From: Escherichia coli
Lineage (GTDB): Bacteria; Pseudomonadota; Gammaproteobacteria; Enterobacterales; Enterobacteriaceae
DNA: 64,000 nucleotides
Strand: one strand, 5' to 3'
Assembly: GCF_009931435.1 (NCBI RefSeq)
Contig: NZ_CP043414.1
The notes under the pieces were generated by a model. It did not search any database. It had not been told where the DNA came from and saw only the letters and a list, made by a program, of their open reading frames with translations. The position numbers and the translations under genes are program-made. Numbering within the stretch: the stretch's first letter is position 1; each line of letters starts with the position of its first letter. Positions 12,040 through 26,837 of the stretch are shown here, in pieces.

Positions 12040-13560
12040 ATGGTCAGCTCAACGACTCCGTCTTCCGGGGAATACTTGTTGGAAATGAGCGGTATCAACA
12101 AGTCTTTTCCGGGTGTTAAGGCACTTGATAACGTTAATTTAAAAGTCCGGCCACATTCTATCCATGCATTAATGGGGGAAAACGGCGCAGGAAAATCAAC
12201 ATTATTAAAATGCCTGTTTGGTATTTATCAAAAAGACTCCGGCACCATTTTGTTCCAGGGTAAAGAGATCGATTTCCATTCTGCCAAAGAAGCACTGGAA
12301 AATGGTATTTCGATGGTACACCAGGAATTAAACCTGGTATTGCAACGTTCGGTGATGGACAACATGTGGCTGGGGCGGTATCCCACCAAAGGCATGTTTG
12401 TCGATCAGGACAAAATGTACCGCGAAACCAAAGCGATTTTTGATGAGCTGGATATTGATATCGATCCGCGTGCGCGCGTCGGCACATTATCCGTTTCGCA
12501 AATGCAGATGATCGAAATCGCCAAAGCGTTTTCCTATAACGCGAAAATTGTGATTATGGATGAACCGACATCTTCGTTAACTGAAAAAGAGGTCAATCAT
12601 CTTTTCACTATTATTCGTAAATTAAAAGAGCGCGGCTGCGGTATTGTTTATATCTCGCATAAAATGGAAGAAATCTTCCAGTTATGTGATGAAGTCACCG
12701 TATTGCGCGACGGTCAGTGGATCGCTACCGAACCGCTGGCAGGGCTAACGATGGACAAGATCATCGCCATGATGGTTGGACGCTCTCTTAACCAGCGTTT
12801 CCCTGACAAAGAAAACAAGCCGGGCGAAGTGATTCTGGAAGTGCGTAATCTGACGTCGCTGCGCCAGCCGTCGATTCGCGATGTCTCGTTTGATCTGCAT
12901 AAAGGGGAGATCCTCGGTATTGCCGGTCTGGTGGGGGCGAAACGTACCGATATTGTTGAGACGTTATTTGGTATTCGCGAGAAATCGGCTGGCACCATTA
13001 CGTTGCACGGCAAAAAGATCAATAACCATAACGCTAACGAAGCCATAAACCACGGATTTGCACTGGTAACTGAAGAGCGCCGCTCAACGGGAATTTATGC
13101 CTATCTGGATATTGGCTTTAACTCGTTAATTTCCAATATCCGCAACTACAAAAATAAAGTTGGCTTGCTGGATAACTCGCGGATGAAAAGCGATACCCAG
13201 TGGGTAATTGATTCGATGCGGGTAAAAACGCCGGGACATCGTACGCAAATTGGTTCACTCTCCGGCGGTAATCAGCAAAAGGTAATTATTGGGCGCTGGC
13301 TGCTTACGCAACCAGAAATATTAATGCTCGATGAACCAACGCGCGGTATTGATGTCGGAGCGAAGTTTGAAATTTATCAGTTAATTGCCGAACTGGCGAA
13401 GAAAGGCAAGGGGATTATTATTATTTCCTCCGAAATGCCAGAGTTGTTAGGGATAACAGACCGTATTCTGGTCATGAGCAATGGTCTCGTTTCCGGAATT
13501 GTCGATACAAAAACAACAACGCAAAACGAAATTCTGCGTCTTGCGTCTTTGCACCTTTAA
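12040..13560 (+). CDS. mglA: Galactose/methyl-galactoside ABC transporter ATPase (two ATP-binding cassettes)
   Basis: 506-aa ORF; Walker [10 protein letters not shown] and signature LSGGNQQK. Confidence 0.95.
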   Translation: MVSSTTPSSGEYLLEMSGINKSFPGVKALDNVNLKVRPHSIHALMGENGAGKSTLLKCLFGIYQKDSGTILFQGKEIDFHSAKEALENGISMVHQELNLVLQRSVMDNMWLGRYPTKGMFVDQDKMYRETKAIFDELDIDIDPRARVGTLSVSQMQMIEIAKAFSYNAKIVIMDEPTSSLTEKEVNHLFTIIRKLKERGCGIVYISHKMEEIFQLCDEVTVLRDGQWIATEPLAGLTMDKIIAMMVGRSLNQRFPDKENKPGEVILEVRNLTSLRQPSIRDVSFDLHKGEILGIAGLVGAKRTDIVETLFGIREKSAGTITLHGKKINNHNANEAINHGFALVTEERRSTGIYAYLDIGFNSLISNIRNYKNKVGLLDNSRMKSDTQWVIDSMRVKTPGHRTQIGSLSGGNQQKVIIGRWLLTQPEILMLDEPTRGIDVGAKFEIYQLIAELAKKGKGIIIISSEMPELLGITDRILVMSNGLVSGIVDTKTTTQNEILRLASLHL

Positions 13561-13575
13561 GATTAGGGGCCTCCC

Positions 13576-14586
13576 ATGAGTGCGTTAAATAAGAAAAGTT
13601 TTCTTACTTACCTGAAAGAGGGCGGTATTTACGTCGTTCTTTTAGTTTTGCTGGCGATTATTATTTTCCAGGACCCAACTTTTTTAAGTCTGTTGAACTT
13701 AAGTAATATTCTCACCCAGTCATCGGTGCGTATTATTATCGCGCTTGGTGTGGCAGGATTAATTGTCACCCAGGGGACCGACCTTTCTGCGGGACGTCAG
13801 GTAGGGCTGGCAGCCGTGGTGGCAGCGACGTTATTGCAGTCCATGGATAACGCTAACAAAGTATTCCCGGAAATGGCGACGATGCCGATTGCGCTGGTAA
13901 TTCTGATTGTCTGTGCCATTGGTGCGGTGATCGGTTTGATCAACGGCCTGATTATCGCTTATCTCAACGTGACGCCATTCATTACCACGCTCGGCACGAT
14001 GATTATCGTCTACGGCATCAACTCGCTCTATTACGACTTTGTCGGGGCGTCGCCAATTTCTGGTTTTGACAGTGGCTTCTCTACCTTTGCTCAGGGCTTT
14101 GTTGCGCTGGGGAGCTTCCGTCTCTCTTACATCACTTTCTACGCGTTGATTGCGGTGGCATTCGTCTGGGTGTTGTGGAACAAAACCCGCTTCGGCAAGA
14201 ACATTTTTGCCATTGGCGGTAACCCGGAAGCGGCGAAAGTTTCTGGTGTCAACGTTGGCCTGAACCTGCTGATGATCTACGCGTTGTCTGGTGTGTTCTA
14301 TGCCTTTGGCGGGATGTTAGAAGCCGGACGTATCGGCTCTGCCACCAACAACCTCGGCTTTATGTATGAGCTGGATGCTATCGCAGCGTGCGTGGTGGGC
14401 GGCGTATCGTTTAGCGGCGGTGTGGGGACGGTACTTGGTGTAGTGACAGGGGTAATTATCTTTACCGTTATCAACTATGGCCTGACGTACATCGGCGTAA
14501 ACCCGTACTGGCAGTACATCATCAAAGGGGCGATTATTATCTTCGCCGTGGCGCTGGATTCACTGAAATACGCGCGTAAGAAGTGA
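13576..14586 (+). CDS. mglC: Galactose/methyl-galactoside ABC transporter permease
   Basis: 336-aa polytopic membrane ORF directly after mglA. Confidence 0.95.
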   Translation: MSALNKKSFLTYLKEGGIYVVLLVLLAIIIFQDPTFLSLLNLSNILTQSSVRIIIALGVAGLIVTQGTDLSAGRQVGLAAVVAATLLQSMDNANKVFPEMATMPIALVILIVCAIGAVIGLINGLIIAYLNVTPFITTLGTMIIVYGINSLYYDFVGASPISGFDSGFSTFAQGFVALGSFRLSYITFYALIAVAFVWVLWNKTRFGKNIFAIGGNPEAAKVSGVNVGLNLLMIYALSGVFYAFGGMLEAGRIGSATNNLGFMYELDAIAACVVGGVSFSGGVGTVLGVVTGVIIFTVINYGLTYIGVNPYWQYIIKGAIIIFAVALDSLKYARKK

Positions 14587-14599
14587 TGTGAATGTGGGT

Positions 14600-14656
14600 A
14601 TTGCCGGATGCGCCGCATCCGGCAATCGGTGCCAAATGCCGGATGCGACGCTGGTG
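14600..14656. repeat. REP-like palindromic units (tgccggatgcgccgcatccggca, gccggatgcgacgc)
   Basis: Characteristic GCCGGATGCG REP core in the convergent mglC/preA intergenic region. Confidence 0.5.
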
Positions 14657-15892
14657 CTACAACGTTACCGGGTGTTCTTTCTCTCCCTTCTTAAACTTCA
14701 CTTCCCCGAGATCAATACAACCAACCGGGCAAACATGACCACAAAGCAGACAACCAACGCACTTCTCGGTATTACAATGCGGTGTGCGCGTTTTCTCGCT
14801 CCATTCCATCGCCTGGTGACCGCCGTCGTAACAGGAAATATAACAGCGTCCACAGCCAACACATTTATCGAGATTGATATGGGGATAGACGATATAGCTA
14901 CGGTCTAAATCTTCCGCCGGGACAATATTGTGATTCGCCAGACCTACCATCTCCTGCAACGAATCAAATCCCTGATCGGCGAGATAATGCGATAACCCGC
15001 TTGCCATATCTTCCACTATCCGATACCCGTACTGCATAATGCCGGTGGTCACCTGTAACGTTGCTGCGCCGAGCAATAAAAACTCTGCTGCATCTTCCCA
15101 GGTTTCAATACCGCCGATACCGCTAATCGGGAAATCGCGCAGCTCTGGATGGGTGCGCATTTGCTGAATAAAGCGTAGGGCGATCGGTTTTACCGCTTTA
15201 CCGGAATATCCGGAAATACTCGATTTACCGTTAACGATCGGCATACCAATTTTCTGATTAAGATCGATATTGGTGATGGATTTAACGGTATTAATCGCCG
15301 CAATGCCATCTGCGCCGCCGCGCTTCGCAGCCAGCGCCACTTCGCACATATCACCGATATTCGGCGTCATCTTCGCCAGCATCGGCAGCGTAGAACCACG
15401 TTTCACTGCCCGACAATATTTTTCTACCAGCTCCGGGCTTTGCCCGACATCACTACCCATCGCATGAGAAGTCATTTGCGGACAGGAGAAGTTACACTCG
15501 ATCATATCCGCACCAGCTTCTTGCACTAGCCGCGCCAGATCCTCCCACTGCTGTTCATTTTCGCCCATGATCGAAGCTATCAATACTTTGTCCGGATAAT
15601 CTTCTTTCAGCCGACGCAGGGCGGCCAGATTCTCCTCCAGAGGATGTTCGGCAATCTGCTCCATATTTTTGAAGCCGATAAAACCGGTATCTTCTTTCAC
15701 CAGATGATCAAAACGTGGTGAGACTTCGTTGGCGATAAAAAAGCCGATCGTTTTAAATACCACGCCACCCCAGCCCGTGTCGTAGGCTTTGGCGCACATC
15801 TCATAGCAATTGCCTACCGGCGAAGAAGAGAGGCAGAACGGGTTGGGAAACTTCACGCCGCAAAAGGTAATCGAAAGATCTTTCGTTAACAT
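14657..15892 (-). CDS. preA: NAD-dependent dihydropyrimidine dehydrogenase subunit PreA (dihydroorotate dehydrogenase-like + 4Fe-4S ferredoxin domains)
   Basis: N-terminus [19 protein letters not shown]; C-terminal CxxCxxCxxxCP ferredoxin motifs; start overlaps the end of preT. Confidence 0.9.
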   Translation of the reverse strand: MLTKDLSITFCGVKFPNPFCLSSSPVGNCYEMCAKAYDTGWGGVVFKTIGFFIANEVSPRFDHLVKEDTGFIGFKNMEQIAEHPLEENLAALRRLKEDYPDKVLIASIMGENEQQWEDLARLVQEAGADMIECNFSCPQMTSHAMGSDVGQSPELVEKYCRAVKRGSTLPMLAKMTPNIGDMCEVALAAKRGGADGIAAINTVKSITNIDLNQKIGMPIVNGKSSISGYSGKAVKPIALRFIQQMRTHPELRDFPISGIGGIETWEDAAEFLLLGAATLQVTTGIMQYGYRIVEDMASGLSHYLADQGFDSLQEMVGLANHNIVPAEDLDRSYIVYPHINLDKCVGCGRCYISCYDGGHQAMEWSEKTRTPHCNTEKCVGCLLCGHVCPVGCIDLGEVKFKKGEKEHPVTL

Positions 15893-17124
15893 GAGCAAGC
15901 TCCCTCTAAATAGTGATGAATTGCCTCAGCGGCTTCTTTCCCGGTTTTCACGGCATAAACCACGGTTTTGTCACCCTCAACAATATCGCCAGCAGCAAAG
16001 ACTTGCGGGTCGCGGGTCTGGTAATTTTTTGTTTTGATGGTGTTACGCTGTGGCTCTAACTCCGCAAAGGCATCCAGTCTGGCATGCTGACCGACGGCGA
16101 GAATAATTTTATCTGCCGCCATCGTCAGTTCGCCCGGTAAGCGTACATGCTTAAACGTGACTTTATTGCCTTCCACGGCCACTGGTGTGAATCCATCGAT
16201 GATCGAAACGCCCAACTCCCGGGCGCTGGCAAACTCTTTTTCGCTTGCCGGAAACTCATCTAACTCTTCACGTGCTACGCAGGTTACCGCCTGACAGCCG
16301 AGAACTTTCAGCGTGCTGGCAACGTCCATCGCGACATCACCGCCGCCGATAATTAATGCGCTTTGTGGAATGCTGATATCGCCCTGCGCCTGCCGTGCAC
16401 GTTGCAAGAAGTCGACGGCAATCTCAACGTCGCTATGCTCAAACAGCGGTAGCCCGGAACCGCCCGACAACCCTACGGTGACAAGTACTGCGCGGTTTTC
16501 CGCTTTCAGTTGCTCCAGGGTGAGTACTTTACCGATTTCGTTATTGCACTTAATGGTCACCCCCATTTTTTCGATACGGGCGATCTCTGCATCCAGCACG
16601 GTTTGCGGCAAACGAAATTGCGGAATACCGTTACACAGCCAGCCACCGGGTTGCGCTTCTTTTTCATAAATAGTGACGTCGTACCCCATATTTGTCAGCG
16701 TCACGCTGGCCTGCAATCCAGCAGGACCTGCGCCAATAATGGCGACTTTGCCGAGCGTTTTAGTACCAGGCTGATAAATTTCCATCCCGGTTTGTTGTTC
16801 AAAATCAGTGATAAAACGCTGTAAGCGACCGATATCAATGGGATCATCAACACCGGCACGGGTACAACCGCTTTGACATAATTTCTCCGTTGGGCAAACT
16901 CTGGCGCATACAGCACCTAAGGCATTATTTTCGCGAATTGTCTCGGCAGCGCCTTTAAAATTACGAAAGTAGATTGAGCGTATAAATTTCCCCGGATCGG
17001 TTTGTGCCGGGCAAGCCTGACTACAGGGAGCGTCGTGACATAATAAACAGCGAGAGGCTTCTTTAATCGCCAGTAAAGGCGTAAAAGCCGGAGTGAGTTC
17101 ATCCAGATAATTTTGTTGCGGCAT
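15886..17124 (-). CDS. preT: Dihydropyrimidine dehydrogenase subunit PreT (GltD-like FAD/NAD oxidoreductase)
   Basis: 412-aa ORF; N-terminal Fe-S cysteine cluster and GAGPAG dinucleotide-binding motif. Confidence 0.9.
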   Translation of the reverse strand: MPQQNYLDELTPAFTPLLAIKEASRCLLCHDAPCSQACPAQTDPGKFIRSIYFRNFKGAAETIRENNALGAVCARVCPTEKLCQSGCTRAGVDDPIDIGRLQRFITDFEQQTGMEIYQPGTKTLGKVAIIGAGPAGLQASVTLTNMGYDVTIYEKEAQPGGWLCNGIPQFRLPQTVLDAEIARIEKMGVTIKCNNEIGKVLTLEQLKAENRAVLVTVGLSGGSGLPLFEHSDVEIAVDFLQRARQAQGDISIPQSALIIGGGDVAMDVASTLKVLGCQAVTCVAREELDEFPASEKEFASARELGVSIIDGFTPVAVEGNKVTFKHVRLPGELTMAADKIILAVGQHARLDAFAELEPQRNTIKTKNYQTRDPQVFAAGDIVEGDKTVVYAVKTGKEAAEAIHHYLEGACSC

Positions 17125-17309
17125 GTGATCTTCCTTAATGCTATGAGTAATTAAGGCGAACGCTAAATATACTCGTCATACTTCAAGTTGCATGTGCTGC
17201 GTCTGCGTTAGCTCACCCCAGTCACTTGTCGCCTTCCTGCAACTCGAATTATTTAGAGCATAAATATTGCTTGCTGATATTAAGGCTAAGCGTGTGGGGA
17301 AATTTAAAC

Positions 17310-17325
17310 TGTGAAAGAATTCACA
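17310..17325. promoter_or_regulatory. Perfect CRP-consensus palindrome TGTGAaagaatTCACA upstream of preT
   Basis: Exact TGTGA-N6-TCACA seen in sequence about 190 bp upstream of the preT start; function not established. Confidence 0.35.
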
Positions 17326-17327
17326 AA

Positions 17328-17360
17328 TAGCTGCGGTTCAGAATGTTATATCCGCAGCTT
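17328..17360 (-). terminator. Hairpin (tagctgcgg...ccgcagct) downstream of yeiS, candidate terminator of sanA-yeiS
   Basis: 9-bp stem seen in sequence; the following U-tract on the minus strand is weak. Confidence 0.35.
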
Positions 17361-17410
17361 ATTGACTGAAGTAATAATTATTCTCAATAATTAACAGGGG
17401 AGGGACAATA

Positions 17411-18487
<1,077 letters not shown>

Positions 18488-18519
18488 TGATGCGACGTTT
18501 ATCAGTGTGTCAGACCTGA

Positions 18520-19446
<927 letters not shown>

Positions 19447-19505
19447 GGCGTTGCCTCATAATCATGTAATGGGATAACAGTTTACGAACCCGTTATGGCT
19501 TTATA

Positions 19506-19521
19506 TGTGATCTGAATCTCA
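19506..19521. promoter_or_regulatory. CRP-like site (TGTGAtctgaaTCtCA) in the cdd promoter region
   Basis: Motif seen in sequence; the cdd promoter is known to be CRP/CytR controlled. Exact site assignment is inference. Confidence 0.4.
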
Positions 19522-19575
19522 TTAATTGTGCAACGAATGAAACTTACATCAAAAATGCGCGACGCATCGCAAATT

Positions 19576-20702
<1,127 letters not shown>

Positions 20703-20796
20703 TTAATTCGTAAAACGTGCTACCGATCACATTAAGAATTCTCAGCATAGTTGAATTACAGGGAAGTAACATCGGGCGAGTGCCCAGTTCAGCACA

Positions 20797-21705
20797 CTAA
20801 TTCTGCTGTAAAAAGTGCAGAAACTGACTTAAAGCATAAGAAGGCGTTTCGTTATTACGCCAAAACACACCGACGCTGCCTTTCTGTTCAATCTTTGGCA
20901 GGTTGAGGATCACCAGTTGCCCCTGGCTGGCATAACGTTGCGCCAGGCGTAATGACAAAATAGAGATCATATTGCTGCTTTGTAACAGGTTGGTACTGAC
21001 GTTCATCGACGCCGACTCAATCGTGTTTTCTGGCAGCATCACGCCGTGGTCTACCAGCGCATTATCAATGCTGATGCGGATGGGGGTACCTGTCGGCCAG
21101 ACTATCCACCGCCAGTTAGCAAGATCATTCCAGCTGAGGGTGGCGTATTTCGCCAGTGGATGCTCAGGACGGGCGACAAAGCATACCGGCTCGGTGTAGA
21201 GCACGCGATAATTCAGCGGCAACTGCAACGCGCGACCGCCAATTCGCCCAACCACCACATCGACAGAACCTGCCAACAGATCTTGCAGCAATGGGGTCAT
21301 CACCTTCTCTTCGATATTCAGGTGTAGAGTTGGCATCTCCTTGAGCAAATGCAAAATCGCCTGGGATACGCAGTCAGTGGCGACGGGAGAACAGCCAATT
21401 TTCAGACTGCCGACCAGTCCACCTTGTTTAAAGCGAGCCAGTTCATATTGCGATCTTTCCATGTCATTGATTAACCGTTGGGCATGTTGCAATAACAATT
21501 TGCCGCCTTCGGTCGGACGAAGCCCTTTGCTGTGCCGCTCAAAAAGTGTGAGTCCGATCTCATCTTCCAGTTGTGACAACCATTTCGAAAGCGCGGGTTG
21601 GGTGATATTCATCATCCGTGCGACATGGGTTAGATTGCCCTGTTCACCCAGCGCCACCAGCATTTGCAGGTGATGTAGTTTTAGTTTTTGCGCCCAGTTC
21701 GCCAT
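20797..21705 (-). CDS. LysR-type transcriptional regulator of the gentisate cluster (MhbR-like)
   Basis: N-terminal HTH (LTHVARMMNITQPALSKWLSQLE); strong RBS tggagg 9 nt upstream of the ATG at 21705; divergent from the transporter gene. Confidence 0.85.
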   Translation of the reverse strand: MANWAQKLKLHHLQMLVALGEQGNLTHVARMMNITQPALSKWLSQLEDEIGLTLFERHSKGLRPTEGGKLLLQHAQRLINDMERSQYELARFKQGGLVGSLKIGCSPVATDCVSQAILHLLKEMPTLHLNIEEKVMTPLLQDLLAGSVDVVVGRIGGRALQLPLNYRVLYTEPVCFVARPEHPLAKYATLSWNDLANWRWIVWPTGTPIRISIDNALVDHGVMLPENTIESASMNVSTNLLQSSNMISILSLRLAQRYASQGQLVILNLPKIEQKGSVGVFWRNNETPSYALSQFLHFLQQN

Positions 21706-21831
21706 TTGCCATAACCTCCAGGTTATCTCTCTGCCCGAAATGCCATTGTACATCTCATCTCTTTAATCACATTATCGCAACATATACAAAACAAAAGAAA
21801 CATCTACCTTACCTGCACTGAGGCATTTACT

Positions 21832-23190
21832 ATGACTCAACGACGTGATTTACAAGCACTTATCGATGCCGCTCCGGTCGGCAAGATGCAGTGGCGCGTT
21901 ATCATCTGCTGTTTTCTGGTGGTAATGCTCGATGGTTTTGACACCGCGGCTATCGGCTTTATCGCCCCTGATATTCGCACTCACTGGCAGCTCACCGCAG
22001 GCGATCTCGCCCCGCTTTTTGGTGCGGGTCTGCTGGGATTAACCGCAGGCGCACTGCTTTGTGGCCCGTTGTCCGATCGCTTTGGTCGCAAGCGGGTGAT
22101 TGAGCTGTGCGTCTTTTTGTTTGGCGCGTTAAGCCTCGCCTCGGCTTTCTCACCGGATCTGCAAACGCTGGTCTTCCTGCGCTTTCTCACCGGCCTGGGT
22201 CTGGGCGGCGCGATGCCGAACACCATCACCATGACCTCGGAGTATCTGCCTGCCCGCCGCCGCGGCGCGCTGGTGACGCTGATGTTTTGCGGCTTTACGC
22301 TGGGTTCGGCGTTTGGCGGGATTGTCAGTGCGCAGCTGGTGCCGGTGATTGGCTGGCACGGCATTCTGGTGTTGGGGGGCGTGTTACCGCTGATGCTGTT
22401 TGTCGCACTGCTGGTAGTTCTGCCGGAATCGCCACGCTGGCAGGTGCGCCGCCAGCTACCGCAGGCGGTGATTGCGAAAACCGTCAGCGCCATCACCCGC
22501 GAGCGTTATGTCGATACCCACTTTTATCTCATTGAATCAGCCTCCGTTACAAAAGGCAGCATTCGTCAACTGTTTATGGGACGTCAGTTACCCATTACGT
22601 TGATGTTGTGGGTAGTGTTCTTTATGAGCCTGCTGATTATTTACCTGCTCTCAAGCTGGATGCCAACGCTGTTGAACCATCGCGGCATAGACCTGCAACA
22701 CGCGTCCTGGGTCACCGCCGCGTTCCAGATTGGCGGTACGTTGGGCGCGCTGGCGCTGGGCGTGCTGATGGATAAGTTCAATCCTTTCCGCGTGCTGGCG
22801 CTGAGCTATGCCGTAGGCGCTGTATGCATCGTGATGATTGGCTTAAGCCAGGATGGATTATGGCTGATGGCGCTGGCGATTTTCGGCACCGGCATTGGCA
22901 TTAGCGGATCTCAGGTGGGGTTGAACGCGTTGACCGCAACGCTCTACCCAACGCAAAGCCGCGCCACGGGCGTGAGCTGGTCAAACGCCGTAGGCCGCTG
23001 CGGCGCGATTGTCGGCTCGCTTTCTGGCGGCCTGATGATGGCGATGAATTTCTCTTTTGACACCCTGTTTTTCATTATCGCTGTGCCCGCGGCGATCAGT
23101 GCGGTGATGTTAAGCCTGCTGATCACCGTGGTTCGCCAGTCGACCTCTGTCCCTGACTCACTGCCTCGCGCAGGCGTTGTGAACGAATAA
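21832..23190 (+). CDS. MFS aromatic acid:H+ symporter (3-hydroxybenzoate transporter MhbT-like)
   Basis: 452-aa ORF, 12 predicted transmembrane segments, MFS motif [11 protein letters not shown]. Confidence 0.85.
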   Translation: MTQRRDLQALIDAAPVGKMQWRVIICCFLVVMLDGFDTAAIGFIAPDIRTHWQLTAGDLAPLFGAGLLGLTAGALLCGPLSDRFGRKRVIELCVFLFGALSLASAFSPDLQTLVFLRFLTGLGLGGAMPNTITMTSEYLPARRRGALVTLMFCGFTLGSAFGGIVSAQLVPVIGWHGILVLGGVLPLMLFVALLVVLPESPRWQVRRQLPQAVIAKTVSAITRERYVDTHFYLIESASVTKGSIRQLFMGRQLPITLMLWVVFFMSLLIIYLLSSWMPTLLNHRGIDLQHASWVTAAFQIGGTLGALALGVLMDKFNPFRVLALSYAVGAVCIVMIGLSQDGLWLMALAIFGTGIGISGSQVGLNALTATLYPTQSRATGVSWSNAVGRCGAIVGSLSGGLMMAMNFSFDTLFFIIAVPAAISAVMLSLLITVVRQSTSVPDSLPRAGVVNE

Positions 23191-23201
23191 GGAGCATCCT
23201 A

Positions 23202-24230
23202 ATGACTGATAACAATCAAAAAAGCCGCGAGCAATTTTATCAGCATATTTCCGGGCAAAACCTGACCCCGCTGTGGGAGTCACTGCACCACCTGGTGCCG
23301 AAAACGCCCAACGCTAACTGTGCGCCAGCGTACTGGAATTATCAGGAGATCCGCCCGCTGCTGCTGGAGAGCGGCAGCCTGATTGGCGCGAAAGAAGCTG
23401 TGCGTCGTGTGCTGGTACTGGAAAACCCGGCGCTGCGCGGGCAGTCTTCCATTACCGCGACTTTATATGCCGGTTTGCAACTGATCATGCCGGGCGAAGT
23501 GGCACCGAGTCATCGTCATAATCAGTCGGCGCTGCGTTTTATTGTTGAAGGCAAAGGGGCATTTACCGCCGTTGATGGCGAACGCACGCCAATGAATGAG
23601 GGCGATTTTATCCTGACCCCACAATGGCGCTGGCACGATCACGGTAACCCTGGCGACGAACCGGTTATCTGGCTCGATGGACTGGATCTGCCATTAGTGA
23701 ACACTCTGGGCTGCGGTTTTGCCGAAGATTACCCGAAAGAGCAACAACCGGTAACGCGTAAAGAGGGGGATTATCTGCCGCGTTATGCCGCCAATATGTT
23801 GCCGCTGCGCCATCAGACGGGTAACTCCTCACCGATCTTTAACTATCGTTATGACCGTAGCCGCGAAGTGCTGCACGATTTAACCCGCCTGGGCGATGCC
23901 GACGAGTGGGATGGCTACAAAATGCGCTATGTCAACCCGGTCACCGGCGGCTATCCGATGCCGTCGATGGGCGCCTTCCTGCAACTGCTACCGAAAGGGT
24001 TCGCCTCCCGCGTGGCGCGTACCACTGACAGCACTATCTACCATGTAGTGGAAGGTAGCGGACAAGTCACCATCGGCAATGAAATCTTCACCTTTAGTGC
24101 AAAAGATATCTTTGTGGTGCCGACCTGGCACGGCGTGTCATTCCAGACTACGCAAGATACCGTTTTATTCAGTTTTTCGGACAGACCGGTACAAGAAGCC
24201 CTGGGGCTGTTCCGCGAAGCGCGTTATTAA
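23202..24230 (+). CDS. Gentisate 1,2-dioxygenase (bicupin)
   Basis: 342-aa ORF; cupin His motifs ([10 protein letters not shown]...WRWHDHGN) match the recalled gentisate dioxygenase family. Confidence 0.85.
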   Translation: MTDNNQKSREQFYQHISGQNLTPLWESLHHLVPKTPNANCAPAYWNYQEIRPLLLESGSLIGAKEAVRRVLVLENPALRGQSSITATLYAGLQLIMPGEVAPSHRHNQSALRFIVEGKGAFTAVDGERTPMNEGDFILTPQWRWHDHGNPGDEPVIWLDGLDLPLVNTLGCGFAEDYPKEQQPVTRKEGDYLPRYAANMLPLRHQTGNSSPIFNYRYDRSREVLHDLTRLGDADEWDGYKMRYVNPVTGGYPMPSMGAFLQLLPKGFASRVARTTDSTIYHVVEGSGQVTIGNEIFTFSAKDIFVVPTWHGVSFQTTQDTVLFSFSDRPVQEALGLFREARY

Positions 24231-24245
24231 TTTGGGAGAGAGAAA

Positions 24246-24947
24246 ATGACTCAATATGTATTCGAACCACAAGCGCCCGTTACCGTACCGGTTGTTGGCA
24301 GTGATGAACAATTCCCCGTGCGCCGCGTTTACTGCGTTGGGCGTAACTATGCCGCCCACGCCCGCGAAATGGGCTTTGATCCGGATCGTGAACCCCCCTT
24401 CTTCTTCTGCAAACCAGCAGATGCCGTTGTTCCGGTCGCCGCTGGCGAAACGCTGGCGCTGCCGTATCCGGCGCAGACCGATAACTATCATTACGAAATT
24501 GAACTGGTGGTGGCGATTGGTAAAAAGGGCAGCGATATCCCACTGGAAAAGGCCCATGAATATGTCTGGGGTTATGCCACAGGCCTTGATATGACGCGCC
24601 GGGACCGTCAAATGGAAATGCGTCAGATGGGCCGCCCGTGGGAAATCGGCAAAGCATTTGATCTCTCGGCCCCCATCGCACCGCTGCACAAAGCCAGCGA
24701 AACCGGCGGTATTGATAACGCACCAATCTGGTTACAGGTAAACGGTGAAGATCACCAGCGCAGCGATATTCGGCATTTGATCTGGTCGGTGAATGAAACC
24801 ATCAGCTACCTGTCAGGCTTCTTTGAGCTGCAACCGGGCGATCTGATCTTCACTGGTACGCCAGAAGGGGTGGGCCCGGTAGTGAAAGGTGATGTGATCA
24901 CGGGCAACGTCGAGGGCTTAACCCCTATCGCGGTGAAGATTGTCTGA
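24246..24947 (+). CDS. Fumarylpyruvate hydrolase (FAH family)
   Basis: 233-aa ORF with fumarylacetoacetate hydrolase-family blocks ([21 protein letters not shown]). Confidence 0.8.
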   Translation: MTQYVFEPQAPVTVPVVGSDEQFPVRRVYCVGRNYAAHAREMGFDPDREPPFFFCKPADAVVPVAAGETLALPYPAQTDNYHYEIELVVAIGKKGSDIPLEKAHEYVWGYATGLDMTRRDRQMEMRQMGRPWEIGKAFDLSAPIAPLHKASETGGIDNAPIWLQVNGEDHQRSDIRHLIWSVNETISYLSGFFELQPGDLIFTGTPEGVGPVVKGDVITGNVEGLTPIAVKIV

Positions 24948-24955
24948 GGTGCATG

Positions 24956-25600
24956 ATGAAGCTGTACAGTTTTTTTAATAGTTCAGCATCGTACCGGGTA
25001 CGCATTGCGCTGGCGCTGAAAGGCATTAATTACCAGACCGAAGGGGTGAATATCCGTATTGGTCAGCAAAATGAACTGGCCTATCGGCGGATGAATCCTG
25101 TCGGGCTGGTGCCGACGCTGCTGACTGACGAGGGCGAGTCACTCGGTCAGTCGCTGGCGATTATTGACTGGCTGGATCGTCACTACCCGCAAGTTCCGCT
25201 GGTGCCGCAGGAAGAACCGGCCCGCAATAAGGTGCTGGAAATTGTCTATGCCATCGCCTGTGATATTCATCCATTGAATAACCTGCGCGTGCTGCGCTAC
25301 CTGACCGAAGAGCTGAATGTCAGTGAAGAAGAGAAAAAACGCTGGTATGCGCACTGGATCCAGCAAGGGTTAAGCGCGGTGGAACAGCTACTGCGCCAGA
25401 GCCAGTCGGGGCAATTTTGTGTGGGTGAGACGCCGACGCTGGCAGACTGCTGCCTTGTTCCGCAGTGGGCGAACGCGCTACGTATGAACTGCGATCTGAG
25501 TGGATATCCGCGCTGCAAAGCGGTGTACGACGCCTGCACACAACTGCCAGCGTTCATTGCCGCAGCGCCAGAAAATCAACAAGATAAAATTTCAGCCTGA
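24956..25600 (+). CDS. Maleylpyruvate isomerase (GST zeta / maleylacetoacetate isomerase family)
   Basis: N-terminus MKLYSFFNSSASYRVRIALALKGI typical of zeta-class GST; second ATG chosen for RBS spacing. Confidence 0.8.
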   Translation: MKLYSFFNSSASYRVRIALALKGINYQTEGVNIRIGQQNELAYRRMNPVGLVPTLLTDEGESLGQSLAIIDWLDRHYPQVPLVPQEEPARNKVLEIVYAIACDIHPLNNLRVLRYLTEELNVSEEEKKRWYAHWIQQGLSAVEQLLRQSQSGQFCVGETPTLADCCLVPQWANALRMNCDLSGYPRCKAVYDACTQLPAFIAAAPENQQDKISA

Positions 25601-25614
25601 CCAGGAGAACCATA

Positions 25615-26808
25615 ATGACTAAAGTGACACGCGCAGTAATTGTGGGAGGCGGGATCGGCGGTGCGGCAACTGCGCTGTCACTGGCCCGCCAGGGGATCAA
25701 AGTGGTGCTGCTGGAAAAGGCGCATGAGATCGGTGAGATTGGCGCAGGTATCCAGTTGGGGCCAAATGCGTTTTCGGCGTTGGATAGTCTTGGTGTTGGC
25801 GAAATCGCCCGCCAACGTGCAGTATTCACCGATCACATCACCATGATGGACGCGGTGAACGCCGAAGAAGTGGTGCGTATTGAAACCGGGCAGGCCTTTC
25901 GTGACCATTTCGGCGGCCCTTACGCGGTGATCCACCGCGTTGATATTCATGCCTCGGTGTGGGAAGCGGTACTGACGCATCCGAACGTGGAGTATCACAC
26001 CTCCACAAACGTCGTTGATATTCGCGAGACGCCGGACGATGTCACCGTTTTCGACGATCGAGGTAATAGCTGGAGCGGCGATATTTTGATTGGCTGTGAT
26101 GGCGTGAAGTCAGTGGTGCGCCAGAGCTTATTAGGCGATGCGCCGCGCGTCACCGGTCATGTGGTCTACCGTGCGGTTATCGATTGTGCGGATATGCCGG
26201 AAGATTTACGTATTAATGCGCCGGTATTGTGGGCGGGTCCGCACTGTCACCTGGTGCATTATCCTTTGCGCGGCGGCAAGCAGTATAACCTGGTGGTGAC
26301 ATTCCACAGTCGCCACCAGGAAGAGTGGGGCGTGAAGGATGGCAGTAAAGAGGAAGTGCTTTCCTATTTTGAAGGCATTCACCCGCGTCCTCGCCAGATG
26401 CTGGATAAACCGACGTCATGGCGACGCTGGTCAACGGCCGATCGTGAACCGGTAGGGAAATGGGGGACTAACCGCATTACGCTGGTGGGCGATGCGGCCC
26501 ATCCGGTGGCGCAGTATATGGCACAAGGTGCCTGTATGGCGCTGGAAGATGCAGTCACGCTGGGTAAGGCGCTGGCGCAGTGTGAGGGTGATGCGGCGCA
26601 AGCTTTTGCGCTGTATGAGTCGGTACGTATTCCGCGTACCGCGCGCATCGTCTGGTCGACCCGTGAAATGGGGCGGGTTTATCACGCCGCAGGGGTAGAA
26701 CGTCAGGTACGTAACCTGCTGTGGAAAGGGAAATCGCAGGCAGAGTTTTATCGCGGCATGGAGTGGCTGTACGGCTGGAAAGAAGATAACTGTCTGCAAC
26801 CACGCTGA
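25615..26808 (+). CDS. FAD-dependent aromatic monooxygenase (3-hydroxybenzoate 6-hydroxylase-like)
   Basis: N-terminal GGGIGG FAD-binding fold and GDAAHP motif; final gene of the gentisate cluster. Confidence 0.85.
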   Translation: MTKVTRAVIVGGGIGGAATALSLARQGIKVVLLEKAHEIGEIGAGIQLGPNAFSALDSLGVGEIARQRAVFTDHITMMDAVNAEEVVRIETGQAFRDHFGGPYAVIHRVDIHASVWEAVLTHPNVEYHTSTNVVDIRETPDDVTVFDDRGNSWSGDILIGCDGVKSVVRQSLLGDAPRVTGHVVYRAVIDCADMPEDLRINAPVLWAGPHCHLVHYPLRGGKQYNLVVTFHSRHQEEWGVKDGSKEEVLSYFEGIHPRPRQMLDKPTSWRRWSTADREPVGKWGTNRITLVGDAAHPVAQYMAQGACMALEDAVTLGKALAQCEGDAAQAFALYESVRIPRTARIVWSTREMGRVYHAAGVERQVRNLLWKGKSQAEFYRGMEWLYGWKEDNCLQPR

Positions 26809-26837
26809 GTACTTCTTACCCAATCAGGTGCACGGAC

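Noticed and set aside
14588-14908. 106-aa plus-strand ORF after mglC
   Set aside because: Overlaps the REP element and the 3' end of preA on the opposite strand; no RBS.
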